Below, in pieces: positions 40,463 to 49,850 of a stretch of DNA of 64,000 nucleotides. The first letter of the stretch is position 1; the number at the start of each line of letters is the position of its first letter. The notes beneath the pieces are model-generated. The model was not told where the DNA came from, did no database searches, and saw only the letters and a list, made by a program, of their open reading frames with translations. The stretch is taken from NCBI RefSeq assembly GCF_936943645.1, contig NZ_CAKZJO010000101.1, forward strand, positions 28,127-92,126. The letters run 5' to 3'. The position numbers and the translations under genes were made by a program. This DNA comes from an uncultured Bradyrhizobium sp. (lineage in GTDB: Bacteria > Pseudomonadota > Alphaproteobacteria > Rhizobiales > Xanthobacteraceae).

Positions 40463-40587
40463 ACGCACGGGTAACCCTGCGTTAAGGCGATTTAGATACG
40501 CCTCATTAACCATGCTTTGACGAATAGCTGGTCAACTGCCGATTACGGCGGCGGCAGCGTCGCGGCGTCTTGTGGAAAGTGAAGCGT

Positions 40588-41388
40588 ATGAATAGGGCAC
40601 GCATTGTCGTCCTGACGGTCGCCATCTGCGCCGGCGGCGTCGCCGCGTACCTGGCGAGCGGCTCGGACAATTCTGCGCCGCCCCCAGTGGCTCCGGTCGC
40701 GCAGCTTCCCACCGTCGACGTTCTCGTGGCCAAGAACGACATCGGCCTCGGCCAGACCGTGAAGCCGGAAGACGTGCAATGGCAGACCTGGCCGGCCGCG
40801 ACCGCCAGCGCCACCTTCATCCGCCGCAACGAGCGTCCCGAGGGAGCGACCCAGGTCACCGGTTCGATCGCGCGCGCCCCCTTCATTCAGGGTGAGCCGA
40901 TCCGCGACCAGAAGCTGGTCAAGCCTGAGGGTTCCGGCTTCATGGCGGCGATCCTGCCTACCGGCATGCGGGCGATCTCGACCGAGATCTCGCCGGAGAC
41001 CGGTGCGGGGGGCTTCATCCTGCCCAACGATCGCGTCGACGTTCTCCTCACGCGCCGGCTGAAGAATCCGGACCAGGCCAACGGCGCCCCCGACATCGTC
41101 ACCTCCGAGATCATCCTGTCCAATATCCGAGTCCTGGCCATCGACCAGGCGCCGAAGGAGAAGGACGGCCAGAACGCGGTGGTCGGCAAGACCGTCACCC
41201 TCGAGCTCAATCCCGCGCAGACCGCAACGCTTTCCGCGGCCCGCCAGAGCGGCACGCTGTCGCTGGCGCTACGCAGCATCGTCGATATTAAGATGAGCGA
41301 AGTCACGCCCGATGAGTCCGCACAGAAGCGGGACGGCATTTCGATCATTCGCTACGGCATTCCAAGTCAGACGGCGAAAGCACGATGA
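40588..41388 (+). CDS. cpaB: Flp pilus assembly protein CpaB/RcpC
   Basis: It starts MNRARIVVLTVAICAGGVAAYL and has a SAF domain (VDVLVAKNDIGLGQTVKPEDV) and an RcpC C-terminal domain. Confidence 0.85.
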   Translation: MNRARIVVLTVAICAGGVAAYLASGSDNSAPPPVAPVAQLPTVDVLVAKNDIGLGQTVKPEDVQWQTWPAATASATFIRRNERPEGATQVTGSIARAPFIQGEPIRDQKLVKPEGSGFMAAILPTGMRAISTEISPETGAGGFILPNDRVDVLLTRRLKNPDQANGAPDIVTSEIILSNIRVLAIDQAPKEKDGQNAVVGKTVTLELNPAQTATLSAARQSGTLSLALRSIVDIKMSEVTPDESAQKRDGISIIRYGIPSQTAKAR

Positions 41389-42875
41389 AGACAGTCGATA
41401 TGAAAAACAGGGTGAATCTGGCGACGCTGCGAACCTCCATGGTTCGCGCCCTGTCGTTTTCGGCCGCTCTCGCGCTGGCGCTCAACCCGGTGCTGACCCC
41501 CGTGGTCGCTGCCGATTACCGCCCCATGGCGCCGGCCGTGTCGGACGGCCAGATGAACGCGCGATTCCTCTCGCTCGGCGTCGGCAAGTCCATCGTGATC
41601 GACCTGCCGCGCGACATCAAGGACGTGCTCGTCGCCGATCCCAAGATCGCCAATGCGGTGGTCCGCTCGGCCCAGCGCGCCTACATCATCGGCGCCACGG
41701 TGGGCCAGACCAACATCGTGTTCTTCGATTCCGCCGGTCAGCAGATTGCGGCCTATGACATCGCGGTCAAGCGCGACCTCAACGGCGTGCGGGCTGCGCT
41801 GAAGCAGGTCCTGCCCAATTCGGACATTCAGATCGACGGACTGGGCGAAGGCGTCGTCCTGACCGGCACGGCGGCGAACCCGCTGGAGGCGCAGCAGGCC
41901 AACGATCTCGCGGCGCGCCTGGCCGGCGGCTCCGACAAGGTGCTGAATTCGATCGTCGTGCGTGGCCGCGACCAGGTCATGCTCAAGGTGACGGTGGCGG
42001 AAGTCCAGCGCAGCATCATCAAGCAGCTCGGCATCGATCTCACCGCTAACCTGAACTACGGCACGTCGGTGGTGAGCTTCACCAACTCCAACCCGTTCAC
42101 CGCACTCGGCAAGAACCTCGTCGATGGCAACAACCTGACGACGAAGTTCGGCGGCGCGCCGACAGTGCAGGCCACGCTGCGCGCGATGGAAACCGCGGGC
42201 GTGATCCGCACGCTGGCCGAACCGAACCTGACCGCGATCTCCGGCGAGTCGGCGACGTTCATTGCCGGCGGTGAATTCCCGGTTCCCGCAGGCTATGCGT
42301 GCGACCCCACCACGCATGTCTGTACCACCCAGATCAGCTTCAAGAAATTCGGCATCTCGCTCAACTTCACGCCCGTCGTGCTGAGCGAGGGCAAGATCAG
42401 CCTGCGCGTGATGACCGAGGTCTCCGAGCTGTCGAACGAGAACGCGATCACCCTGTCGCAGGCCGTGACCTCGAGCTCGGTGAACTCGCTGACGGTTCCC
42501 TCGATCCGGACCCGCCGCGCGGAGACCTCGCTGGAAATTCCCTCCGGCGGCGCGATGGCGATGGCCGGCCTGATCCAGCAGCAGACCAAGCAGGCCGTCA
42601 GCGGACTGCCGGGACTGATGCAGCTTCCGATCCTCGGCACGCTGTTCCGCAGCCGCGACTTCGTCAACAACGCGACCGAGCTGGTCGTGATCGTGACGCC
42701 TTATGTCGTTCGCGCGGTGGCGCCAAAGGACCTGTCGCGGCCCGATGACGGCTTCACGCCGCCAGCGGATCCGCAGGCCCAGCTGATCGGCAACATCAAC
42801 CGTATCTACGGCGTGCCGGGCCGGACCGAACCGGTCAAGAACTACCGCGGCACCTACGGCTTCATTACCGACTGA
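41385..42875 (+). CDS. cpaC: Outer-membrane secretin CpaC/RcpA
   Basis: It has an N-terminal pilus-formation domain and a secretin core (EPNLTAISGESATFIAGGEFP...GLPGLMQLPILGTLFRS). Its ATG overlaps the cpaB stop as ATGA. Confidence 0.9.
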   Translation: MKTVDMKNRVNLATLRTSMVRALSFSAALALALNPVLTPVVAADYRPMAPAVSDGQMNARFLSLGVGKSIVIDLPRDIKDVLVADPKIANAVVRSAQRAYIIGATVGQTNIVFFDSAGQQIAAYDIAVKRDLNGVRAALKQVLPNSDIQIDGLGEGVVLTGTAANPLEAQQANDLAARLAGGSDKVLNSIVVRGRDQVMLKVTVAEVQRSIIKQLGIDLTANLNYGTSVVSFTNSNPFTALGKNLVDGNNLTTKFGGAPTVQATLRAMETAGVIRTLAEPNLTAISGESATFIAGGEFPVPAGYACDPTTHVCTTQISFKKFGISLNFTPVVLSEGKISLRVMTEVSELSNENAITLSQAVTSSSVNSLTVPSIRTRRAETSLEIPSGGAMAMAGLIQQQTKQAVSGLPGLMQLPILGTLFRSRDFVNNATELVVIVTPYVVRAVAPKDLSRPDDGFTPPADPQAQLIGNINRIYGVPGRTEPVKNYRGTYGFITD

Positions 42876-42895
42876 GGCGGAACGGGGACTTCAAG

Positions 42896-43630
42896 ATGAT
42901 CACAAGACCACCCCAGCTTCGCAAACGCGCCGTCCGCCTCGGTGGCGCGCTCGTCGGCATGGCGCTCGCGCTCGGCGGCTGCCAGCACAACGAAGTCGTC
43001 ACCGCCTCCATTCCCGACGACTACAAGCAGCGCCATCCCATCGCGATCGAGGAGCAGAACCGCTCGATCGTCGTCTTCGTCGGCCATGCACGCGGCGGAT
43101 TGACCGCCGCCCAGCGTGCGGACGTGATGGGCGTCGCATCGGCATGGTTGCACGAAGGCACGGGAGCCATCCGCATCGACGTACCGTCCGGCACGCCCAA
43201 TGCGCGTCCGGTCGCGGATACGATGCGTGAAATCCAGGCGATGCTGGCGGGCGCAGGCGTTCCGCCGCGTGGCGTCAACGTTCGCCCCTACCAGCCCGAC
43301 GACAAGCGCTTCCTGCCGCCGATCCGGCTCACGTATTCCAAGATCGCCGCGGTCGCGGGTCCCTGCGGACTGTGGCCGGAGGACATCGGTCCTTCGATGA
43401 AGAACAAGAGCTGGTTCGAGAACAAGGACTATTACAATTACGGTTGCGCCTATCAGCGCAACCTCGCCGCCATGGTCGACAATCCGTCGGACCTCGAGCA
43501 GCCTCGGCCCGAGACACCTTCCTACACGATACGGCGCACGGCAGCCTTCGAGAAGTATCGCAAGGGAACATCGACGGCAGTCACCTATCCTGAGGCCGAC
43601 AAGGCCAAACTCAGCGACACCGGCAAATGA
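42896..43630 (+). CDS. cpaD: Pilus assembly lipoprotein CpaD
   Basis: It has the lipobox LALGGC and the motif NYGCAYQRNLAAMVDNPSDL typical of CpaD. Confidence 0.8.
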   Translation: MITRPPQLRKRAVRLGGALVGMALALGGCQHNEVVTASIPDDYKQRHPIAIEEQNRSIVVFVGHARGGLTAAQRADVMGVASAWLHEGTGAIRIDVPSGTPNARPVADTMREIQAMLAGAGVPPRGVNVRPYQPDDKRFLPPIRLTYSKIAAVAGPCGLWPEDIGPSMKNKSWFENKDYYNYGCAYQRNLAAMVDNPSDLEQPRPETPSYTIRRTAAFEKYRKGTSTAVTYPEADKAKLSDTGK

Positions 43631-44895
43631 TCAGCTACGCCCGCCAGACACACGAAGAGCAGCCGGATGCAGCGCCTCCGCCGGTCGAGGAGCATATTGC
43701 GCCCGCGCCGCGCGTCTCGGTCCAGGCTTTCTGCGAGACCGTGGAGACCGCGGCCGCAGTCCAGTCGGCCGGCGAGGATCGCCGCCTCGGCAAGGCCCAT
43801 CTGAAGATCCAGATGGGCGGCATGGCGGCCGCGATCGAAGCCTACCGCTCGGCGCCCACGCCGAACGTCATCGTGCTCGAGAGCGACGGTCGCAACGACC
43901 TGTTGAGCGGGCTCGACCAGCTCGCCACCGTCTGCGACGCCGGCACGCGCGTGGTCGTGATCGGCCGCATCAACGACGTCATGCTTTACCGCGAGCTGGT
44001 GCGCCGCGGCGTCAGCGACTACGTGCTCGCGCCGGTCGGCGCGATCGACGTCGTGCGCTCGATCTGCAACCTGTTCTCGGCACCGGAAGCCAAGGCGGTC
44101 GGCCGCATCATCGCCGTGGTCGGCGCCAAGGGCGGCGTCGGGGCATCCACCATCTCGCACAATGTCGCCTGGGCGATCGCCCGCGACCTGGCGATGGATG
44201 CCGTCGTCGCCGATCTCGACCTCGCCTTCGGCACCGCCGGGCTCGACTACAACCAGGATCCGCCACAGGGCATCGCCGACGCGGTGTTCTCGCCCGATCG
44301 CGTCGATACCGCCTTCGTCGACCGCCTGCTGTCGAAATGCACCGACCATCTCAGCCTGCTGGCCGCGCCGGCGACGCTCGACCGCGTTTATGATTTCGGC
44401 ACCGACGCCTTCGACGCCGTATTCGATACGCTGCGCTCCACCATGCCCTGCATCGTGCTCGACATTCCCCATCAATGGTCGGGCTGGACCAAGCGCGCCC
44501 TGATCGGGGCGGACGACATCCTGATCGTGGCTGCCCCTGACCTTGCCAATCTGCGCAATGCCAAGAACCTGTTCGATCTGTTGAAGGCCGCGCGGCCCAA
44601 CGATCGGCCGCCGCTCTACTGCCTGAATCAGGTCGGCGTGCCGAAACGGCCCGAAATCGCCGCCACGGAGTTCGCCAAGGCGATCGAGAGCCAGCCGATC
44701 GTCTCCATCCCGTTCGAGCCCCAGATCTTCGGCTCGGCCGCCAACAACGGCCAGATGATCGCGGAGATCTCCGCCAACCACAAGTCGATCGAGATGTTTC
44801 TTCAGATCGCCCAGCGGCTGACCGGCCGCAGCGAGACCAAGAAGCAAAAGTCGTCCCTGCTTTCACCCCTGATTGACAAGTTGCGGGGAAAATAG
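43627..44895 (+). CDS. cpaE: Pilus assembly ATPase-like protein CpaE/TadZ (receiver-like N-domain plus MinD/ParA domain)
   Basis: It has the deviant Walker A motif VVGAKGGVGASTISHNVA. Its ATG overlaps the cpaD stop as ATGA. Confidence 0.85.
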   Translation: MISYARQTHEEQPDAAPPPVEEHIAPAPRVSVQAFCETVETAAAVQSAGEDRRLGKAHLKIQMGGMAAAIEAYRSAPTPNVIVLESDGRNDLLSGLDQLATVCDAGTRVVVIGRINDVMLYRELVRRGVSDYVLAPVGAIDVVRSICNLFSAPEAKAVGRIIAVVGAKGGVGASTISHNVAWAIARDLAMDAVVADLDLAFGTAGLDYNQDPPQGIADAVFSPDRVDTAFVDRLLSKCTDHLSLLAAPATLDRVYDFGTDAFDAVFDTLRSTMPCIVLDIPHQWSGWTKRALIGADDILIVAAPDLANLRNAKNLFDLLKAARPNDRPPLYCLNQVGVPKRPEIAATEFAKAIESQPIVSIPFEPQIFGSAANNGQMIAEISANHKSIEMFLQIAQRLTGRSETKKQKSSLLSPLIDKLRGK

Positions 44896-44916
44896 GCCCC
44901 CGCGTGGAGTTGTTAA

Positions 44917-46389
44917 GTGTTCGGTAAGCGTAGCGGAACAGACACCGACCTTCGGGCGCCCAAGCCCGGCGCCGTGTCGCCCGAGCCTGCCCAGGCTCCG
45001 GCGCCGACGGTGTCGCGCGCCCCGCCGCCGCCGGCCGTCGCCTCGCCGCCGCTTGCCCCCGCCAAGGCTCCGCCGCCGCCCCCGGCGATGGAGAGCCGGC
45101 GCTCGGACAATTACTACGAGGTCAAGGCCACCATCTTCGGCGCGCTGATCGAGGCGATCGACCTCGCCCAGCTGGCCAAGCTGGACTCCGAATCCGCGCG
45201 CGAGGAAATCCGCGACATCGTCAACGAGATCATCGCGATCAAGAACATCGTGATGTCGATCGCCGAGCAGGAAGAGCTGCTCGACGACATCTGCAACGAC
45301 GTTCTGGGTTACGGTCCGCTCGAGCCGCTGCTGGCGCGCGACGACATCGCCGACATCATGGTCAACGGTGCCAACACCGTCTACATCGAAGTCGCCGGCA
45401 AGATCCAGCGTACCGGTATCCGTTTCCGCGACAACCAGCAGCTCCTCAACATCTGCCAGCGCATCGTCAGCCAGGTCGGCCGGCGCGTCGACGAATCCTC
45501 GCCGATCTGCGACGCGCGTCTTGCCGACGGCTCCCGCGTCAACGCCATCGTGCCGCCGCTGGCCATCGACGGCCCGACGCTCACGATTCGTAAGTTCAAG
45601 AAGGACAAGCTGACGCTCGATCAGCTCGTCAAGTTCGGCGCGATCTCGCCCGAAGGCGCCGAGATCCTCCAGATCATCGGCCGCGTTCGCTGCAACGTTC
45701 TGATCTCCGGCGGTACCGGTTCGGGCAAGACCACGCTGCTGAACTGCCTGACCAATTACATCGAGCACGACGAGCGCGTCATCACCTGCGAAGACGCGGC
45801 CGAGCTCCAGCTCCAGCAGCCTCACGTGGTGCGGCTGGAAACCCGCCCTCCCAACATCGAGGGCGAGGGCCAGGTCACCATGCGCGAGCTGGTGCGCAAC
45901 TGTCTGCGTATGCGCCCCGAACGCATCATCGTCGGCGAAGTCCGCGGACCCGAGGCGTTCGACCTGCTGCAGGCCATGAACACCGGCCATGACGGCTCGA
46001 TGGGCACGCTGCACGCCAACAACCCGCGCGAAGCCCTGTCGCGCTGCGAATCCATGATCACGATGGGCGGCTTTTCGCTTCCCTCGCGGACCATCCGCGA
46101 GATGATCTGCGCCTCGATCGACGTCATCGTCCAGGCGGCGCGCCTGCGCGACGGCTCGCGCCGCATCACCCACATCACCGAGGTGATGGGCATGGAAGGC
46201 GACACCATCATCACCCAGGACATCTTCCTCTACGACATGGTCGGAGAGGACGCCAACGGCAAGATCATCGGTCGTCACCGCTCGACCGGCATCGGCCGTC
46301 CCAGGTTCTGGGAACGCGCCCGCTATTACGGCGACGAAAAACGCCTTGCCGCTGCGCTGGACGCGGCGGAAGTCGCGCCGAAGACGTGA
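44917..46389 (+). CDS. cpaF: Secretion ATPase CpaF/TadA
   Basis: It has Walker A ISGGTGSGKTTLLN, Asp/His boxes and RIIVGEVRG. It has a GTG start and a Pro/Ala-rich N-terminal linker. Confidence 0.92.
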   Translation: MFGKRSGTDTDLRAPKPGAVSPEPAQAPAPTVSRAPPPPAVASPPLAPAKAPPPPPAMESRRSDNYYEVKATIFGALIEAIDLAQLAKLDSESAREEIRDIVNEIIAIKNIVMSIAEQEELLDDICNDVLGYGPLEPLLARDDIADIMVNGANTVYIEVAGKIQRTGIRFRDNQQLLNICQRIVSQVGRRVDESSPICDARLADGSRVNAIVPPLAIDGPTLTIRKFKKDKLTLDQLVKFGAISPEGAEILQIIGRVRCNVLISGGTGSGKTTLLNCLTNYIEHDERVITCEDAAELQLQQPHVVRLETRPPNIEGEGQVTMRELVRNCLRMRPERIIVGEVRGPEAFDLLQAMNTGHDGSMGTLHANNPREALSRCESMITMGGFSLPSRTIREMICASIDVIVQAARLRDGSRRITHITEVMGMEGDTIITQDIFLYDMVGEDANGKIIGRHRSTGIGRPRFWERARYYGDEKRLAAALDAAEVAPKT

Positions 46390-46399
46390 GCAGATCGCC

Positions 46400-47377
46400 A
46401 TGAAGATGCAGGTCCTCGCCCTCGCATTCCTCGCCACCGCAGCGGTCGGCGGCATCGCCTGGGTCTTCCTCTACCCATTGCTGTCGGGGGAGCGAAAGGC
46501 GGAAAACCGCCGCGCCTCCATCTCGCGCGCCGAGGCGCCCACGACGCGTCAAGCCGAGAAGACCCAGCGCTCACGCCGCGAGCAGGTCGAGACCACGCTG
46601 AAGGATCTGGAGGCGCGACGCCTGCAGGAGAAGAGCGTGCCGCTCACCGTCCGCCTGTCGCAGGCGGGGCTCGACTGGACGCCGCAGAAATTCTGGATCG
46701 TGTCGGCTGTCGTTGCCGCCGCCTTCTTCGCGGTCGCCCTGTTCGCCGGTGGCGGCCTGTTGGGCGCTGCCGGTCTCGCCTTTGCCGGCGGCTTCGGCCT
46801 GCCGCGCTGGGCGCTGAGCTTCCTGAAGAAGCGGCGCGAGACAAAGTTCCTGGCCGCGCTGCCGGACGCCGTCGACGTCATCGTCCGCGGTATCAAGGCG
46901 GGCCTGCCGCTGTTCGAATCGATCAAGGTCGTCGCGGCCGATTCGCCGGAGCCGCTGCGCAGCGAGTTCCTGGCCATCATCGAGACGCAGGCCATCGGCA
47001 TGCCGCTCGGCGAGGCCTGCTCGCGGCTCTATGAACGCATGCCGCTGCCGGAGGCCAATTTCTTCGGCATCGTGGTCTCGATCCAGCAGAAGTCGGGCGG
47101 CAATCTCTCCGAAGCGCTCGGCAACCTCTCCAAGGTGCTGCGCGACCGCAAGAAGATGAGGGAAAAGATCCAGGCGATGTCGATGGAAGCCAAGGCCTCG
47201 GCCGGCATCATCGGCTCACTGCCGCCGATCGTGATGTTCCTCGTCTATCTCACGACGCCTCAATACATCTCGCTGCTTTGGACTCACCCCACCGGCCAGC
47301 TGATGCTGGTCGGCTGCGTCGTCTGGATGTCAGTCGGCATCATGGTGATGAAGAAGATGATCAATTTCGATTTTTGA
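46400..47377 (+). CDS. tadB: Inner-membrane platform protein TadB
   Basis: It has a T2SSF domain (LPDAVDVIVRGIKAGLPLFESI). It was trimmed from the track ORF start 46346 to ATG 46400. Confidence 0.85.
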   Translation: MKMQVLALAFLATAAVGGIAWVFLYPLLSGERKAENRRASISRAEAPTTRQAEKTQRSRREQVETTLKDLEARRLQEKSVPLTVRLSQAGLDWTPQKFWIVSAVVAAAFFAVALFAGGGLLGAAGLAFAGGFGLPRWALSFLKKRRETKFLAALPDAVDVIVRGIKAGLPLFESIKVVAADSPEPLRSEFLAIIETQAIGMPLGEACSRLYERMPLPEANFFGIVVSIQQKSGGNLSEALGNLSKVLRDRKKMREKIQAMSMEAKASAGIIGSLPPIVMFLVYLTTPQYISLLWTHPTGQLMLVGCVVWMSVGIMVMKKMINFDF

Positions 47378-47386
47378 CGGTGCCGT

Positions 47387-48361
47387 ATGGTCGAGTTTCT
47401 CGTTGCGAAGCTACATGACGTCCGCTTCATGACCATGATGCTGGCGGCGATCGCTGCCAGCGCCACCGTCTATACGCTGGTGATGCCGCTGTTCGCCGGC
47501 GAAGGCCTCTCCAAGCGTATGAAGGCGGTAGCGAGCGAGCGCGAGCGCATCCGCCAGCGCGAGCGTGAGCGCCTGCACAAGAACGAAAAGGTCTCGCTGC
47601 GCCAGACGCCGAAGCAGATCGTCTCCAAGGTCGTGGAGGACTTCAACCTCACCAAATGGCTCGCGCAGGAAGCGGCGCGCGACAAGCTCATCATGGCGGG
47701 CTACCGCGGCCAGGCGCCCTACATCACCTTCCTGTTCGCCCGCTTGGTCGCCCCGATCGTGCTGTTCATCGGCTCGATCGTATACGTGTTCCTGATCGCG
47801 CACATGGAGCAGGCGATGCCGGTCAAGATCGGCATCTGCGTCGGCGCCGCCTATCTCGGCCTGCAGGCGCCGATGCTGTTCCTGCGGAATGCGATCTCCA
47901 AGCGCCAGCTCTCGATCAAGCGCGCCTTTCCCGACGCGCTCGACCTGCTGCTGATCTGCATCGAGTCAGGCATGTCGGTCGAGATGGCGTTCCGGCGGGT
48001 CGCCACCGAGATCGTGGGCCAGTCGATCGCGCTGTCGGAGGAGTTCGCGCTCACCACGGCCGAATTGTCCTATCTGCAGGATCGCAAGGTCGCCTACGAA
48101 AATCTCGCCCGGCGTACCGGGCTCGAAGGCGTCAAGTCGGTGTGTCTGGCGCTTCAGCAGGCGGAACGCTACGGCACCCCGCTCGGTCATTCCCTGCGCG
48201 TCATGGCGCAGGAGAACCGCGACATGCGCATGACGGAAGCCGAGAAGAAGGCCGCCGCCCTGCCGCCGAAGCTGACGGTGCCGATGATCCTGTTCTTCCT
48301 GCCCGTGCTGTTCGTGGTCATTCTCGGGCCGACCGGCATCAAGATCAGCGAGATGCAGTAG
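47387..48361 (+). CDS. tadC: Inner-membrane platform protein TadC
   Basis: It has a T2SSF domain (FPDALDLLLICIESGMSVEMAF). Confidence 0.85.
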   Translation: MVEFLVAKLHDVRFMTMMLAAIAASATVYTLVMPLFAGEGLSKRMKAVASERERIRQRERERLHKNEKVSLRQTPKQIVSKVVEDFNLTKWLAQEAARDKLIMAGYRGQAPYITFLFARLVAPIVLFIGSIVYVFLIAHMEQAMPVKIGICVGAAYLGLQAPMLFLRNAISKRQLSIKRAFPDALDLLLICIESGMSVEMAFRRVATEIVGQSIALSEEFALTTAELSYLQDRKVAYENLARRTGLEGVKSVCLALQQAERYGTPLGHSLRVMAQENRDMRMTEAEKKAAALPPKLTVPMILFFLPVLFVVILGPTGIKISEMQ

Positions 48362-48427
48362 CGGGAACGCAAGGCGTGAGCCGCGCGAGACCCGCGCGCG
48401 GCTGCAGGAATGCAAGATGAAGCTTGA

Positions 48428-49258
48428 TCAGTCGTGCTGGTTGAGCGAGGCGACAGGCGTCCGCTTCGGCGCGCCACGCTGACTGTCGTTGCGGTTCAGC
48501 ATGTCCTTGAGGTAGGCGACATTGGCCGCAGCCTGATCCGGCGGCAGATCTGCCTTGACGATGGTCTCGGCTTCCGCGAAGCGGCCCTGGAGACCGACGA
48601 CCAGGCCGAGATTCTGCCGCACCCGGCCGCTCGCACGCGGAGACGCATAGGCCTGCCGCAGTGCTTCTTCGGCCTTCGGCAGGTCTCTCGAGAGCATGTA
48701 GGACAGGCCGAGATTGGAGAGCACGCCAGGATCACCCGGCGCGATCTTGAGGGCGGTCGTGTAATAGGAACGCGCCTCCTCGTGACGGCCCATCTGGTCC
48801 AGCGCCGTGCCCTGCACCGAGAGCAGGCGCCAGTCCGGATTGTCGGGCGAATGCGCCTTCGACAGGACGTCGTAAGCCTGCTGGAAATTGCCGTTGTCGG
48901 CGAGTGCGCGGCCAAATTGGGCGAGCAGCGCCTTGTTGCCGGGATTGGCGATGGTCGCCTGCTCGAGCACGGCGACGGCCTGGGCCCGCTGGCCGTTGGC
49001 GCGCAGCGCCTGACCATAGGCGAGCGCGGTGTCGGCATCCTTGGGATTGGCGCGGTAGCGCTCGCCATAGACCTCGACGGCGCGCACCGGATCGGTTGGC
49101 GCACGATCGGCCGCAGGCGCCTCGGCGCGGGGTCCGCCGATCGAACCTGTGACATCGGAGAGTTTCGACATGGCCGTGCAGCCGCCGAGGCCCATGGCCA
49201 CCGCCGCGACCAAGGAGGTGGACGCAAGAAGCCGGGCAAGACTGAACCGTTGACGCAT
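48428..49258 (-). CDS. tadD: TPR-repeat lipoprotein (TadD-like)
   Basis: It has the lipobox AMGLGGC and several TPR repeats. It is convergent with tadC, as in many tad loci. Confidence 0.7.
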   Translation of the reverse strand: MRQRFSLARLLASTSLVAAVAMGLGGCTAMSKLSDVTGSIGGPRAEAPAADRAPTDPVRAVEVYGERYRANPKDADTALAYGQALRANGQRAQAVAVLEQATIANPGNKALLAQFGRALADNGNFQQAYDVLSKAHSPDNPDWRLLSVQGTALDQMGRHEEARSYYTTALKIAPGDPGVLSNLGLSYMLSRDLPKAEEALRQAYASPRASGRVRQNLGLVVGLQGRFAEAETIVKADLPPDQAAANVAYLKDMLNRNDSQRGAPKRTPVASLNQHD

Positions 49259-49445
49259 GACGCTTTGACTCTCGAGCCGATTGATCGAGCCGAACGCGTC
49301 AGCAATAGACTGTTAACCCTAACGGCCGGTTAACGCCCCCGAGCCGCACCTCTCGCGGCGACGCTTGCGGCGATGCCCGCTGCCGAAGCCGCGGTCGAGG
49401 CGAGCACCCTCACCTGCTCATTTGGATGCCTCGGCAATTCCGGCC

Positions 49446-49649
49446 TCAGTACTCGATGGCGAGCCGCTTGCGGATTTCGTCGATACGCCTGTCGAGCGCA
49501 TCGAACCGCGCGTGGACGGAGCGGTCGTGGAGATAGAACACGTAGCCACCGGCAAGGAACGCGAAGATCCAATGGTGATGCTCGACATAGCCGAAGATCA
49601 CCTCGATGGCCTGGCCGATGAAAGTGGCCACGCTCCACACAAATTCCAT
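49446..49649 (-). CDS. Small hypothetical membrane protein (67 aa)
   Basis: A GGGAGG RBS lies 8 nt upstream of the ATG. Third-codon positions are strongly G/C. It has two hydrophobic segments around an HHH motif and a charged C-terminal helix. Confidence 0.45.
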   Translation of the reverse strand: MEFVWSVATFIGQAIEVIFGYVEHHHWIFAFLAGGYVFYLHDRSVHARFDALDRRIDEIRKRLAIEY

Positions 49650-49850
49650 TGCATGTCCTCCCGGCGCGCTTTGTCGTCGGCCGCCCGAATTCTCATCCTT
49701 GGCGGCCGTTACCGGAACCTAGCATGGGCGCCTTGCTGCGAGTAGCGGCTCGCCGAACGGTGACAGCAAAGCCGATTGCAGCCACGGCGAAACTCTGCGA
49801 AGTCTCGTCCGTTCGCATGCCCCGTTTGATCCGACGATCCGGACCCGCCA

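Noticed and set aside
43585-46455. Minus-strand ORFs of 420 aa and 530 aa opposite cpaE and cpaF
   Set aside because: They are antisense shadows. The plus-strand genes carry unambiguous Walker and secretion-ATPase motifs.
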